Part shown: one piece after another, positions 23,252 to 38,300 of the stretch
Position numbering within the stretch: position 1 is the stretch's first letter
Layout: every line of letters starts with the position of its first letter
Assembly: GCA_043228905.1 (NCBI GenBank)
Contig: JBHGNT010000008.1
Coordinates: 12,462,001 to 12,526,000 of the forward strand
Direction of reading: 5' to 3'
Length of the DNA: 64,000 nucleotides
Source of the DNA: Azolla caroliniana
Taxonomy: Eukaryota; Plantae; Polypodiophyta
The notes under the pieces: generated by a model
The model's database searches: none
Told to the model about the DNA's origin: nothing
Seen by the model: only the letters and a program-made list of their open reading frames with translations
Made by a program: the position numbers and the translations under genes

Positions 23252-24524
23252 TGATACAGAAAAACAGGAACTCGGCCATAACCGAGTCAAATGCGGAATG
23301 GGTACAAGGAAATACAAAGGGAAACAGAAATACAAAGATGTTAACGTGGAAAACCCCAAATTGGGTAAAACCGTGTGCCCACATACACCAAACCAATCAC
23401 TATGAGAGACTAAAGTACAATAAAATAAACTCACATGCACCACTCTGAGTTTGTACTCCTTGCCAACATGCGATTACAATAGAGATACACTTGTTCTATT
23501 CCTCTCTCGCTTTCTCACGTTTCCATTGTTCTGCTGCAAAGGCAACAACCTCGCACGCGTTGTACACACAGTTACAAATATATGCACTCAAGTAGACAAT
23601 GAACAAGAGGACTCAACAAGATAACATAAAGTTTTCCCTAGTTATCTTTATACTTAGATAACTTTTGGGCTATTTACATAACTGGCCTAAATAGGCTCGA
23701 CTCAAAACCTATTTACATTTGTGACTATTCCAAATACTTATCCTAACTTTGTCTGGTTCCAGGTCGGATCCATCTGATCTATCTCACATGCCTCCGACAT
23801 CCGATTGTGTAGCCACCTCTACCCTAAATTCGGCCCATACGAAGGGACCTAATTCTCAACAAACTCCCCTTGAGGTTTCACTAGTCTGACCCAACTCTTA
23901 CATGCTTCTAGCCTTTCTGCTGACAGCACCTTTGTTATCATGTCGGATCTATTCTCCGATGTGTGGATCTTCGTCAAAGCAAACTCCCCTCCTTCTACCC
24001 GCTCTCGGAGCCAATGATATCTCCTTTGAATATGCTTGGTTCTTGAGAGATAGGCCACATTCTTCGTTAGGTGGATGGAACTTTGGTTGTCGGAATTCAC
24101 CTTGTCGAATTCCAAGATCTCTGATAAAATCCTTCATCCATATCATTTCCTTTCTGGCTTCGATAGCTGCCATGTACTCGGCGGCCATGGTCAACAATGC
24201 CACGGCCTTTTGCAACCTTGACTGCCATGAGCCGGCTCGCCCTGCACAGGTTATTACATACCCAGACATGGACCGACTGGTATCGACAATAGTCGACATG
24301 TCTGAATCAGTAAAACCTTCTAACACGGGGTTATCTAAGCCGAATCAGAGAGACATGCTCGAGGTGCGCTCAAGTACCAAAGTATCGACTTAACTGTTGT
24401 CTAGTGCTCTCTTCTAGGGTTGGTCATGTATCGGTTGACGACTCCAACAACATATCCAATGTCTGACCTAGTACATGCCATCGTGTACATTAGGCTTCGG
24501 ACTACTGAAGCATATGGTACCTTT
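23252..24524 (-). mobile_element. Copia 3' fragment with 3' LTR (23252-23861)
   Basis: LEGFTDSD, SWQSRLQK, AEYMAA, RTKHIQRRYHW; PPT (AACTCCCCTT on +) next to the LTR. Confidence 0.8.
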
Positions 24525-24657
24525 TGTTGGCATAAAAGACCGACTCCTTCCACTTTATATCCTAGTGTGAACTCGTCTTCAACAATTAGGGCTTAGTATA
24601 TAAGTGACACCTAACATTGTAAAGATAGAACACTTGATCGTCTTGTACATCGAGTCT

Positions 24658-24692
<35 letters not shown>

Positions 24693-27600
24693 GAAATAAA
24701 GATAGCTTCCATTAAAGCTTCATCTGTGTGCCTATCATCTGTCTATATCTTCTTGCCTTCCTTCTGTGTTGTTTGCTGAGCATAACCAACAGGTCCTAAC
24801 ATAAGCTTCCTGACATATCTGTCCCTCAATTGGTATCAGAGCCACTTGCTACTCGGCGGCAACAGACAACAGAAAAAGACTAAAAGGAAATAGACCAAGT
24901 CAGTAAAATCTCACATTCAAAGAAGAATATGGCTTCAACATCCAGAACAGGAGTTGAAATCAGAAAATTTGATGGAAAATACTTTGCCCTTTAGAAGGAG
25001 ATGATGTAGGACGTGTTGATCATTAGATGACAAGTCGAAGCTATTAGACACAATGAAAAACCTGCCTCGATGACAATCGAAGAGTGGAGATCTACAGATG
25101 ACATCGCATTCTCCACCATCCGAATGCATCTGGCCGAAAACAACCACTTAGCATGGCGAAAGAGATGACAACGTTCTCACAGTGGGAGAAACTACAAGTC
25201 ATGTACAAGAAAAAGTCCTCATCTTCAAAACTGATTTTGATCAAACAACTATTCAACACGAAGATGAGAGAGACCGATCCGGCTACCACTGACATCAATA
25301 CCTTCAGCCGGATGTTGTCAGAACTCTCCTCACAAGAGATGAACTTCGAAGAAGAAGTGAAAGCCCTTGCCCTCCTATTGAGCTTGCCGGCGATTTGGGA
25401 GGTATTATGCACGATAGATGCCAATAAGCCGACCGATCCTAAATCCGGATGAGACGATCGGTCAAGTTCTCACCGAGGAGATTCGGCGAAAATCGATGGG
25501 ATTTACCATTGATGAATCGACAAAATCCCATCACTCAACCGAGTCGTTCGATCAACAGAGTCGAACTAGAGAAACAGCCGACAGAACCGGTCGGAATACC
25601 AACCGATCAAAAACGAGGGGAGACCGACAATGGTCGAAATCAAGAACGAGCCGATTAGGTGAATTCTGCATACACTACAGAAAAGTTGGCCACAATGTTT
25701 GCGACTATTGGTCAATCAAGAAAAAAGAGAGTGGTCAGCGATCCAAGTAGAATTGAGGAGGACCTTACTCGGACCACTCTCCTACAGGCAATCAAATAAA
25801 TGTTGCCGATACCCAATCAGGAGAAATTTTCTCCTTAGAGGATTCAGTGATCAGAGAAGTCCTCTATAGTGCACAAGATGCACACACGTGGTTATTGGAC
25901 TCTGGTGCCACGTTTCATGTGACCCCCAACTATTCAGCCAAAGTCAGCGGCACAGTCCAACTAGGCAATGAGCAAGATTGCAAAATCGCAAGGACTGGAG
26001 AGGTTTCCAGCAGATTGCCAACTAGCAACATGATCACCCTGCACGGACTGCGGCATGTACATGATCTAAAAAGGAGTCTGGTCTCCATCGGCATGTTAGC
26101 CAAAGACGGCTACAAAACGACTCTAAGTGAGTCGATATGGATGATCAACTCAGGAAACCTTAGAGCTGGGAGAGGGCACTAGTACAACAACTTGTACCCA
26201 TTGATGGCGATCAATCCAGAAGGGGCCATGAATGTAGCTGAAAAGACCAACCCGAACTTATGGCATGGCCGACTTGGCCATATGTCTCAAGCTGGACTTG
26301 ATTGGTTGATGGCGGTTGGCTACATCCTTAAACTCCAAGCAAAGACAGACTTCTGCAAGCATTATCAATATGGGAAACAGACCTGAAGTCCACAAACTCT
26401 CCCTTACGAGATGGTACAACAACCCCTGGAGCTCATGCACATAGATATATGTGGGCCCATGCCGGAGCGATCACTAGGAGGCTCCCGATACTTCATCACC
26501 TTTGTAGATGACTGTACATGGAAGGTCTGGGCCTACTCCATTAGGTCCAAAGACAAAGCGCTCGAGGTCTTCACTCGATGGACAACTGAAGTGGAGAACC
26601 GGTCGGGATACAATGTGAAGGCACTCAAATCCAGCAACGGAGGAGAATATACCTCTGGAACCTTCAAACAAAGGGATTCGACAAAGGGATCCAGCATCAA
26701 GAGACCGTTCCTTACACACCCATGCATAATGGAGTGGCAGAACAGATCAACCGAACGATCTAGGAGAGGGTGACGACAATGCTCTATTAAGCCAGACTGA
26801 AGCTGGAGTTCTGGGCCGAGGCATTGCAGACGACAGTATACCTAGTAACTCTTTCGCCTTCGAATGCAATCAGGCTCGAAGTACCACAACCACTATGATC
26901 AGGCAAACAACCGACCTACGATAGGCTCTGTGTATCCCCAAGGTTAAAAGGACCAAGTTGGCACCCCATGCAATGAAATGCATATTTCTCGGTTATGGAA
27001 CCGATGGGGTCTTTGACTACTAGCTATGGGATCTAGAGAACCGGAAACTGATACGGAGAAGTGACGTAGTCTTCTCTCAACGGAACCAGCAACAAATAGT
27101 TGGTAAAAGAGTATCCTTTGAAGACACTGGGCAGACTCAGAGACTCAACAAACAGTTGAACTCGAACAGGCCAACAATATACCTGCCAACTCCGAATCGG
27201 CGACAGGTCCAATAGTCGAACTCGAAGATGTAAAAGAATAGTGTGTGTGGAAGCGTAATAGACACAACCGTGTAACAAAAATGACGAAGAGAATGTTTAA
27301 TGGAAATCTTTGAACACAACACAACGTATGCAAAAGAGACAGAGAATGAGAGAGAGAGAGTGCACGGAACACACAAAACTAAGATTCAAAAGTAACTCTC
27401 TGGCACTCTATACAAGATGCGCTTAATAGGCGCTTTTTATACATGTCCTTATGAACAAACAGAAGTACTGTCAGAGTACTGACACATACTTCAATGCTCA
27501 TTAACTCTGACAGTACTTCAGAGTACTAACACATACTCCTACACTAACTCCCAAAATTATTCCTTATGAGGAATAACACTCTAACGGCCTCTCGGCTTAC

Positions 27601-28122
27601 GCACCGTTACAGTCCTTGTGTGTACGGTTTTACGCACCCAATGTTGAGCTTGTATCTCAACACTCTCCCTCAAGCTCAACTTGAGGTTCCGCCTGCTCTT
27701 CTAGATCTTTGCTCCGGCTTCTCCTGGCTTCACCCCTCGCACAGGCTCCTCGACCCGTTCGATTCCGTGCACCTCAACCCTTCCGGTCGGCTTGTCTACT
27801 CTTGTGGCCATTCTTAGCTTCCTTGCTGGTGCTTCTTTCGTTTCCCTTTCCTCCGCTTGGCCCTCAGTTGATTTGGCATGTCCAAATCAAACATTTCGAT
27901 TGAATCGGTCACTTCCAATTCATTTCCGCTCACATTTGAATTGGTTGTCTCCAATTCTTCTTCGGTCTTTAGGCCTTTGACAATGTCAGACCACATCTTG
28001 TTCTTGGCCTTATCGCCCCCTTTTTTCGGTTGTCTTCGGCTCTTCCCTGCGGTTACAACCCCTGTCTGCATCTTCGGCTTCTTCAGCTGACCCGAAATCG
28101 AATTCTTCATCTGACTCGACAT

Positions 28123-31100
28123 TGTCAGAACCAAGGATAAAAGATAGAGTGATGGAAGAAGGATAGAGAAGAATGGATGTATAAGATAGAGAAAGAAAGA
28201 GAATGGATACAAGATATGTAATGAGAGCTAAAGACTGGTGTTGATTCGAATTGATTTGAGAATACATGTATGCGCTTATTTATAGGTTCCTATAGAATAG
28301 CTTAGAGATTTCTAAAATGTTCTAGAATGTTCTAGACCTAGAATGCTCTAGGACATTCTAGAACATTCTAGAATAATCTAGAGTTTTTACAATAATCAAT
28401 GTCATACAAGAAGTAGCTTTTATTGTTTCATATAACAATAAGCTATCTTAATGGTTGAGGTTTTCAAGTATGAATTACAAGGTTCGAGGTTCAAGTCCGG
28501 GTGACGCCATAATGGTCATGTGTTCATGACACTATCCCTCCTTCGAGAACGCCGAGTGGAAGTCGGCGTTAACATTGTTGGGCCGGGCTTGTTTGGATAG
28601 TGACGATGGAAGTCGTTGACCAGAGCTTCAACATTACAAACGTTATCGATGGGTTCCCAAGTGCGATCACTCGGAGGATAACCAAGCCAATCAACTAGAT
28701 AATAAAGCTTATTGCGCACAATCTTAGAATCGAGAATAGCAGCTACCTCGTATTCGGGGCCGTCCACAAGTTGTATAGAAGGCGGTGGTGGCACGACACG
28801 ATTAGGAATTAAAGAGGCGTGGCAAGGTTCCAAAAGAGAGCTATGAAAGACAGGGTCAAGCCGCATATGTGCAGGAAGGTTAAGACGAAATGTTGCATCA
28901 TTAATCTGCGCTGTGATGACAAAAGGACCTAAGCGTTGATAGTCAAGCTTAGCACACGGTCGGGTAGTCTTGATGTGATGACGAAGCAACCATACACGGT
29001 CACCAACCTTAAACGGAGACTTAAGACGATGTCAATCGGCATTGGTCTTATGGTGTGCTTGCGCTTTCTGAAGATGTGACGATAACTCGAACTGGATTTG
29101 TTGTAGTCGGTGGAGGTGATGCGCCGCACTAGGGTTTCGTGACACCTCGGGAAGATCCAGTATACACCATCGAGGGTGGTTGCCGGTGTAGGCAAACAAA
29201 GGTGTAACTTTGGTAGAAGAGTGGACCGTGTTGTTGTATGCAAAATCGGCAAGATGTAAAATTTTACTCCAATCATCTTGTTGATAACTAATGAAACATC
29301 GAAGATATTGCTCGAGCGTTTGATTTGTGCGCTCTGTTTGTCCGTCAGTTTGTGGATGATAAGCCGAAGAGAGTTTGCAAGAGATTTTGAGGCCTGCCCA
29401 TAGGTGCTTCCAAAAGTGTGAGATAAATTGAGGACCTCGATCGCTAATAATATCATTCGGGAGACCATGATGGCGAAACACTTCACGCATAATGAGATCT
29501 GCAGTTTCTTCACTATTGATGGTCTTTACACATGGTACAAAATGTGCCATCTTGGTGAACTGATCCACTACTGTTAAAATAGTTTCAAAGCCTTTGGAAG
29601 GTGGCAGATCCGTAATGAAATCCATAGAAATAGACTGCCATGGCTTGTTGGGAGGGGGTAATGGTTGTAGTAAGCCATAAGGGTGATGCCGGGGTATTTT
29701 GGCGCGACAGCAGGTGTCACAAGTGCGAACATAATCTTCGACAAATTTTTGCAAGTGAGGCCACCAAAATGAACGTTTCACCAGCTCAATGGTCTTGGAA
29801 ATACCAAAATGTCCAGCCATGGGGGCATCATGACAATGTTCCAACACTTGAAGTCCGGGTGATCCGTCGGGGACGTAAAGGAGATTCTTGTAGAAGAGTA
29901 AACCATCTTGCCACTTGAAGTCCTGATAATGTTGAGATGACCCTGGCAATGTGGAGCAAGATGGACGACTTGAACCACAGTGGGCTAAGACATCCTTAGC
30001 AAAATCATCCGAATGAAGTTGTTGCCGAATAGTGTCAAGAAGGGTAGAATCAAGTGGTGTGCCATAAATTATTGTTACCTGTAGCTTTGATGGCCCGAGG
30101 AGAGTTTGCTTTTGATTGTCAAAGGCCGGATCTCCAAGTCGAAGGGCTAGATACGAACGCCGAGACAGAGCATCTGCTTTCCCTTGTTGTTTTCCGGGGC
30201 GAAAAATGATCTTGAAATCGAAACGCGTTAGAAATTGGGCCCACCGAGCTTGTCGTCTATTTAATACTCGAGCTGTTTGAAAATATGTGAGATTTTTGTG
30301 ATCACTATAAATGATAATCTGATGAGGTGATCCTTCTAGAAAATGACGCCATTGCTCGAATGAGTCAACCACAGCTAGTAACTCCTTGTCATGCACCTCA
30401 TAGTTTATCTCCGAAACAGTAAACTTTCTCGAGTGAAACGCGACTGGATGTATCTGCCCGTCCTCGCGTGGTTGCGATAGGATACTCCCCAATGCAAAGT
30501 CTGATGCATCCGCCTCAATAGTAAATGGCTTTTCAGGATCAATATGTGCTAGGATGGGTGCTGATGTGAATGCCTCTTTCAGCTACGTAAAAGCCTTGTC
30601 CGCTTCGATACTCCAAAAAAATGCTTGATTTTTCTTGGTGAGTTGAGTAAGGGGCAACACAATGCTTGAATAATTATGCATGAATTTGCGATAGAAGTTC
30701 GCGAATCCGAGGAAACACTGGACATCCCGAACTGAGCATGGGGGTTTCCATTCCAATATTGTTTGGACTTTTGCCGGGTCCATGAAAACACCCTAGGATG
30801 AAATACTGTATCCCAAAAATTCAACTTGTTTGCTATCAAAACTGCATTTCTCAAGTTTGGCGTAAAGACCATACTTCCTTAGGCGTTCAAGTACTTGCCG
30901 CACATGTATATCATGCTCCCCTTGTGTTTTAGAGTAAATCAATAGATCATCTAGGTAGATGATTAGAAAAATATCCAAGAAATCCCGGAAGATGTCATTT
31001 GCCATATGTTGGAATACGGCAGGTGCATTTGTGAGCCCGAAAGGCATGATTGTATACTCGAAATGACCATACCGAGTACGAAACGCTGTTTTCCACTCAT

Positions 31101-33804
31101 CTCCCGGCCAAATTCGAACAAGATTATATGCACCCCTTAGATCAATTTTGGTAAAATGCTTTGCCCCACCAATGCGTTCTAAGAGATTGGAGATTAAAGG
31201 TAAAGCATACCTATTCCTTATGGTGACTTTATTTAAGCCTCGATAGTCCACGACCAAATGAAGGGAGCCGTCCTTTTTCTTCACAAAAAAGATAAGAGCA
31301 CTAGCTAGAGACTTTGAATGTCGAATAAACCCATGTGCAAGATTTTCCTCGATGTATTCTCGAAGAACCTCAAGCTCAGTGGGTGATAAATTGTAAATCG
31401 GACCCCACGGAGGCTCTTTTCTTGGTTGGAGATCAATAGGACAGTCGTACGGCCGATGCTTTGGAAGAACACTAGCTTTGACTTTGTCGAAAACATCAGC
31501 ATAGTCTTGATATTTTTTGGGAATTTGGATGTCTGAATTCCCTTGAGTGACACTAGAAGGTGTCACTGATACTGCAAATAAGAAAAGGTCCTCCTTGCCT
31601 CCCACTTGGTGCAATTGATGCAATGTGATGGCTGAAATTTGATGAGAAGGATATGGTGCATCGGTAGAACTATATACTTTGGGAGGATAATCCCGAGTTC
31701 GATCCTTGAGAATGATATTTTCTGCTAAAGGGCACCTAATTTCTCGCTTCCTCCAATCGATTCTAGGGTTATGTAGCTCGAACCATGGCAAACCGAGGAC
31801 AATTGGATGCTCAGGACTACGGATTATGTTAAAGGAAACTACACATACTAAATCACCCAAGAGTATGTGTATTGGCTCAGACTCTTCAAATATCTTCCCG
31901 GAAGCTATGGGGCGTCCATCAATCACTACTACGGAAACTGGACAAGGCAGTGTATGCAAGGATATTTGGTGTTTTTGGGCAAAATCTCTATCCATGAAAC
32001 AAGAATTGGCTCCAATATCTAAGAGGGCTTGGACTTGAAGTTGACAACTGGGTGTCCTAACTTGTACTAGGGCTGAGAAGACTCTACTAACATGCTTGGA
32101 AGAAATGGAACCCACACTAGGTTGTACATATCTAGGGTTGTCCAACCAAATGGCTCCTATTTTGGCCGGACCTATTCGTTTGACTCCTCTTCTAATTGGC
32201 TTAGGACTTCAAATTTATTGGACAAGGGTGGATTATTCATAATATTAGATTCACTAACTACTTCTAAAATGGTTGACTCATTTTTATTGTCATAGTGAAT
32301 TTGATTTACCTGACGTCTCGGCGTACGGGAGCAATGAATGGCTATATGTCCTGGACCTCCACAATATAAGCACAGATGGTTTGCTCGACGACGTTGCTTC
32401 TCTTCGTCTGACAATGGTCCTCGTCGTTGAGTCATATCGATCTCCATGGGTGTAGGACTATCCATTGGGACTGGGCTACGTGTTTGCCTTGGAGTTGGAG
32501 CAGGGCTATACATTTGCCTTGGGGATGATTGCGCCGTTACTGATGCATAAGTTGGTGTGAATCTAGATCTTGTTATTTGTTGTTGTCGCTCACATCGACG
32601 CTCAAAAAGGCGATTATCACACCGTATTGCTCAACTAATAGCTTCTGTAAGTGACCTTGGATCCTCGGGGAAGGTAAGAAGTAAGTCTTTGACATCACTA
32701 CGAAGGCCTGAACGGAATTGCTCCATTACGGCTTGTTCATCCCAAGGAATATCGCTTGCGATGAGACGGAAATTGGCAGCATATGTTGAAGCTGGTTGAT
32801 CACCTTGACGAAGTGTACGAATCTTGTTGATAGTTGTTCTCGCCCCATCAGTATCTCCGAAACAAGTCTTAAATTCCTTGATAAATTCCTCGAAATTATT
32901 CAGTAGAGGAGAATTGGTCTCTAGCAATGGAGCAAACCACGACAACGCTATGCCAGTCAATAAAGTGCCCACTATCCCGACTCGTGATGCATCTGTTGGA
33001 TAACGTGTAGGATGCATTTGAATCACCAACCGTACTTGATTCAAAAAACCTCGGAAATGCGCCCTCGACCCATCAAATTTAGCTGGGAGGCTAATTTTGG
33101 GCTCCTTGATAAGTCCATGACCTTCAACCCTTTGTTGTTGTAACACGACGATTGTCGACTCTAACTGTTGCACTCGTCGCGTGAACTCCTCTTGTTATTG
33201 TTGCTTCTCTATAGTAACCTTTTGTAGATCCCCAAGTAGACGTTGATTCTCTACTTCAAGAAATGCGAACTTGGATTTAAGGTTCTCCATTTCTGCAACA
33301 AGGGTGAGATATTCTTCTGAGTTAACGACAGCCATGGTTTCAGGATGGTTACAAAGGAGGATAAGAGAGAGAGAGAGAGAGAATTCGAATCAAATTGTCA
33401 GAACCAAGGATAAAAGATAGAGTGATGGAAGAAGGATAGAGAAGAATGGATGTATAAGATAGAGAAAGAAAGAGAATGGATACAAGATATGTAATGAGAG
33501 CTAAAGACTGGTGTTGATTCGAATTGATTTGAGAATACATGTATGCGCTTATTTATAGGTTCCTATAGAATAGCTTAGAGATTTCTAGAATGTTCTAGAA
33601 TGTTCTAGACCTAGAATGCTCTAGGACATTCTAGAACATTCTAGAATAATCTAGAGTTTTTACAATAATCAATGTAATACAAGAAGTAGCTTTTATTGTT
33701 TCATATAACAATAAGCTATCTTAATAGTTGAGGTTTTCAAGTATGAATTACAAGGTTTGAGGTTCAAGTCCGGGTGACGCCATAATGGTCATGTGTTCAT
33801 GATA
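28123..33804 (-). mobile_element. Full-length chromoviral (Tcn1/sushi-like) Gypsy element A, 409-bp LTRs 28123-28531 and 33396-33804
   Basis: TSD GACAT (28118-28122 / 33805-33809), about 5 LTR differences. Gag with CLYCGGPGHIAIHC, PR LLDIGA, RT YLDD, RNase H, INT, chromodomain YEVAAILD...YLVDWLGY...TWEP. A few stops. Confidence 0.95.
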
Positions 33805-34227
33805 GACATCGCAGTGATAAATTCAGCCGCGATGATCACTTCCTCTCCTTTCAAGCTCACGCTTCTGTTCGTATATCCCCCTCAAGTTCGGCGTGTCGAG
33901 GTGGCGCAAACCAAGTGCATCCAAGAATTTCTATAACTTGTCGAGCACTAGCGGCTTGGTAAATACCTTGGCAATCTATCGACCTGTCGAAACATATGCT
34001 AGTTCGACTTCACCGAGAAGGACATGCTCACGGACAAAATGGTAATGCACCTCAATGTGCTTGATCCAAGCATGTAATACAAGGTTTTTCACAAGTTGGA
34101 TGTTGCTGAGATTGTCACAATAGATCATTGTCGGAGCGGACACCTCCACATGTAGATCCTGTAATAGCCGATTAAGCCAAATGACTTCGCACATAGCAAT
34201 AGTCGCCCCTCGATATTTGGCCTCCGT

Positions 34228-35326
34228 TGTCGTGAAGTACGAAAGCTTCACATTAAAAATCTACAATAAGATAAATACGTAACTAAAATAACATTTGATA
34301 ATGTTTTATATATAAAGATAATATTAACAACACATATGATAATATTATATATATGTAAAATAATATATATATATAGATAAATATATTATATTACACGAAC
34401 AAGAGAGGACTTGAACCAATAACCCCACCCTATGACTCTCAAATCTTACCATTTACTCTATACTAGTAATATACATAAAATAAAGCATACTTTATATATA
34501 CTTTATATTACATAAAGGATTTGCTTCATGATATAAAAATAAAGCTGTATGTTGTATTCAATAGCATTTTGAGACTCGAACCGACAACCTCATACACCAA
34601 AGTTGACACACCTACCATTAAGCTAGGCCCTTTCTCTTTAAGATTATGTTTTCATGTTTATTGTTATTGCATATATTGTTTCATACATAAAAGCTCAAAT
34701 GAGCGAGATGTTTATCATGCATCACATGTAATGCATGAACGCCAAATGGCGATCATGCATCACATGCATTTCATGCACTACATGCATGATTTGTACCCTC
34801 CAATGCATCATATGCATGGGGGCACCTATTTAAATGGTGAAAGAGAAGATCAAAGGGGGAGATAGGTATGAGATATCAATCAAATATATATTACATAAGA
34901 GATACCATAAAATAGAGAAAGAAAGGAAGAAGTTCAAGATAAAGGTGGAGCTCTAGCTTGGCGGTCGTGGTGGTCAACTCTCAACAAGAGGGAGGCGGTT
35001 CGAGCTTTATCTTCATCAAAATATTGAAGTGAATATTGTAGTGGTCTACGATCAAGAAAGAGAACAACGATTACCTTGCAAGACAAAGTTCGGAGGTTCA
35101 ACGATGTGTACAACCACTTTTGTAACTCTTTCATCAAATAATTATAAATCTCTTTTATTGCTTCAAATATCATTCTATATCCTATCTTGTCATATCTTGT
35201 TGATCACTATTTATCTATCTCTACTCTTTCGTCTCTTCCGTCCATAATCCCAGTGATTCCTTCCTCACTTTCACGATATCTTTTGTCTACGCAACGCTAC
35301 GCTTCTAGGCGAGCCACGTCACGACA
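34228..35326 (+). mobile_element. Solo Gypsy LTR (1099 bp), uninterrupted sister of 1236-14594
   Basis: TGTCGTG...CACGACA, TSD CCGT (34224-34227 / 35327-35330), inserted in Copia RNase H. Confidence 0.93.
34407..34625 (-). promoter_or_regulatory. Two tandem tRNA-type Pol III A-box/B-box modules, antisense within LTR U3
   Basis: TAGCTTAATGG (34625) with GGTTCGAGTCT (34582), and TAGAGTAAATGG (34460) with GGTTCAAGTCC (34417). Both 43 nt apart. Confidence 0.6.
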
Positions 35327-38300
35327 CCGTGCTCGACAATACTACTATTAGCTACTTCTTCTTACTACTCCACGCGATCGCCACACTTCTCATTGAGAAT
35401 GCATATCCGGATGTGGATCTACGATCATTGGCATTTCCGGCCCAATCGACATCCGTGTAGCCAACTAGCTGTTCAGCTCCACCTACCCGATATAGCAACG
35501 CCATGTCTTTAGTGCCACTGACATATCGCAATATCCTTTGCGCGCACTGAAAGTTTTCGGTCGTGGGCTGCGACATAAATTGACTGATTAGGCTGACCAG
35601 GTAGCTGAGATCTGGCCAAGTGATCGTCAAATAGATTAGGCTTCCGACAATCTATCGGAACCGTGTCGGGTCGCACGGCTTTCCCGAATCTCGTCGAAGC
35701 TTGACATTTCTATCCAGAGAGGTCGAGATGAGCTTACAATCTGCCACCCCGAACTTGAAGAGCATATTCAGTGCATAATGACGCTGGTTGATCAATATGC
35801 TTTCGGGGGTGTGGATCACTTCGATCCCAAGGAAGTAATGAAAGTCTCCAAGATCCTTCATGTTGAATGATGCCGCAAGCTGAGACTTTACGCGGCCGAT
35901 TTCATCTAGGTCAGCACCGGTGATGACTAAATCATTAACATAAAGTAAAAGACAAGCCGATCCATGTCGACCTTGCCGAACGAACAATGAAGAGTCCGAC
36001 TTTGATGGCGCAAACCCCATCGTACGCGATGGTTGCATAATCTTTGCATTCCAATCTCGCGGGGCTTGCTTAAGCCCGTATAATGACTTCTTCAATCGGC
36101 ACACTGCCGAAGTGTTCTGTTCGGATAAGAATCCGAGGGGTTGTAACATGTACACCTGCTCCTCAAGGTCATCTTGCAGGAACACATTCTTCACATCCAT
36201 GTGATGTAGATGCCGCCCTTTCACCGTTTCTACGGCTATCAGAACACGCACGGTGGTCATCTTCACGACCGACGTGAAGGTCTCGTCGTAATCCACGCCG
36301 TGCTTCTACGCGTAGCCTTTTGCCACTAATTGGGCCTTGTAGCGGTTGACAGAGCCGTCGGTGTTGTACTTGACCTTATACACCCATCTGCATCCGATCC
36401 GCTTCACACCCTTCGGTGCATCAACCAGGTCCCAAGTCTCGTTGTCTGATAATGCGCGCATCTCTTCCTCCATCGTGGCACGCCAGTTTCTGTCTTCTGC
36501 CGCTTCTACGTAGCTCTCCGGCTCACGCACTTCCACCACTCGCATCATGTACGCATAATGGTGCGCCATGTACTCATTATACCCGTATCTCTTTATGGGG
36601 TTCTTTAGGCGGGTAGATCGGCATAATTCGTGATAAGCCGACTTCGTGGCCCTCTCGGCTGACTTCGACCTCTTCTGCGGAGGTTCCTTTTCGATTGGCC
36701 TGAAGTCAGATTCGCTCCGATCTGACTCGGCACTGCCGAACTCATACTCTGACATCTTCTTCTTCCCCTTCTCTATGCACGTAAACCGTCTCCTTAGTTC
36801 CTTACACGGAGACAACCTTACACGGAGACAACACGGTTGAGTCTCCATTACTCGCCGGCTCTTCACATGGTTGACCGTCTTGGCCCACTTAGCCAAAATG
36901 AGATCAAACTCTCTCCTAGAACTCTGATTTCCTCATCGCGCGAAGGCATCTCAGCCTCGCTAACCTCTTCTTCAGAATTCGGAGTGGAGTCATTGGGTAC
37001 CGGGGGCGAAGACAAGTACCACGAAGCGGAGTCGTCGAACACGACATCTCAACTTACGCGAGCTTGTTCGGTTTGGGGGTTCTAGCACTTATAACCCTTC
37101 TATTCGTCCAAGTAGCCAACCAAGGTACACTTCTCGGCTTTGGCGTCCAACTTCCTCCATGTCTCCTTCGGCACATGCACATACGCAATGCTACCAAAAA
37201 CCCTCAAGTGTGCCAAGTTCGGCTTCTTGCCGAAGTATAGCTCCTGTGGCGACACTCCTCCATTGGTAGAAGTCCGATTTTGCAAGTAAATTGCCGTCCT
37301 TATGGCTTCAGCCCAATAGAACTTCAGCAAATGCCTCTCTTCAAGCATCGTCCTTGCCACCTCTTCGATTGTCCAATTCTTCTGCTCAGCCACGCCGTGT
37401 ATCTACACGAGAATTCGCATCGAATTCCTTCCTTCTGTAGATAATTCACGAACTAGTCGGAGAAGTACTCCTTCCCGCCATCAGAGCGTAAGCACTTTAC
37501 CTTTCCACAAGGCTCTTTACCTTCAGGAAACACGCGAAGACTTCTCTCTTTTTCGCCAGCACACCGAACTGTGCTGAGAGAAGTCATTGATGAAAGTCAC
37601 GAAATATCGGCTTCCACCGACACTCACGTTCTATGTCGGTCCCCATACATCAGAATGGATCACAACGAGCGTATTTCGACTCCGGTTACGCTCATGGGGG
37701 AATGGAAGTCGGTGATGCTTTCCCAACTGGCAGGCTTCACATACTTGGCCCTTTTGGCCACTGAATTTCCGCAAGCCGAAAACGAAGTTTTTCGTCTGCA
37801 TTTCTTGAAGTTTCAGGAAATTGACGTGACCAAACCGCTTGTGCCACAAGTTGATATCTGATCCAACCTTTTGTCCTTTCGTGAACATAGCGGTGCCTCC
37901 GTCGTTGGTCTCGAGGATAAACATCCTCCCTTCATGGCACCCTTGCGCGATTATCTTGCCTTCCTCTTCTATGAAGCATTCGTGATGCGTGAATCGAACT
38001 TGCATCCCCTGGTCAACAATCTGGCCAGCCGACACCAAGTTCTTGGTTATTGTCGGGACGTGTAGCATGTTCATGAGCTTCCCTTTTTATCCAATGTGAC
38101 TGAGGGGAACATCACCCACATGTTTGATGGTATGTAGAGTGTCGTCTCCTGTTTCAACCACTCCTTGCTTTTCTAGTTTCTCCAAGTACGAGAACCATTC
38201 CTTGTGACTCGTCATATGATTTGACGCTCGGGAGTCAACATACCACACCTCGTTTGCCCTGGAGGTGATCACGTCCATTGAACTAGCCTTGTGCTTCATT

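Noticed and set aside
28441-28509. Functional tRNA gene
   Set aside because: A/B boxes and a CCA are present, but I cannot fold acceptor or anticodon stems, and it is part of both LTRs. Kept only as a promoter-like module.
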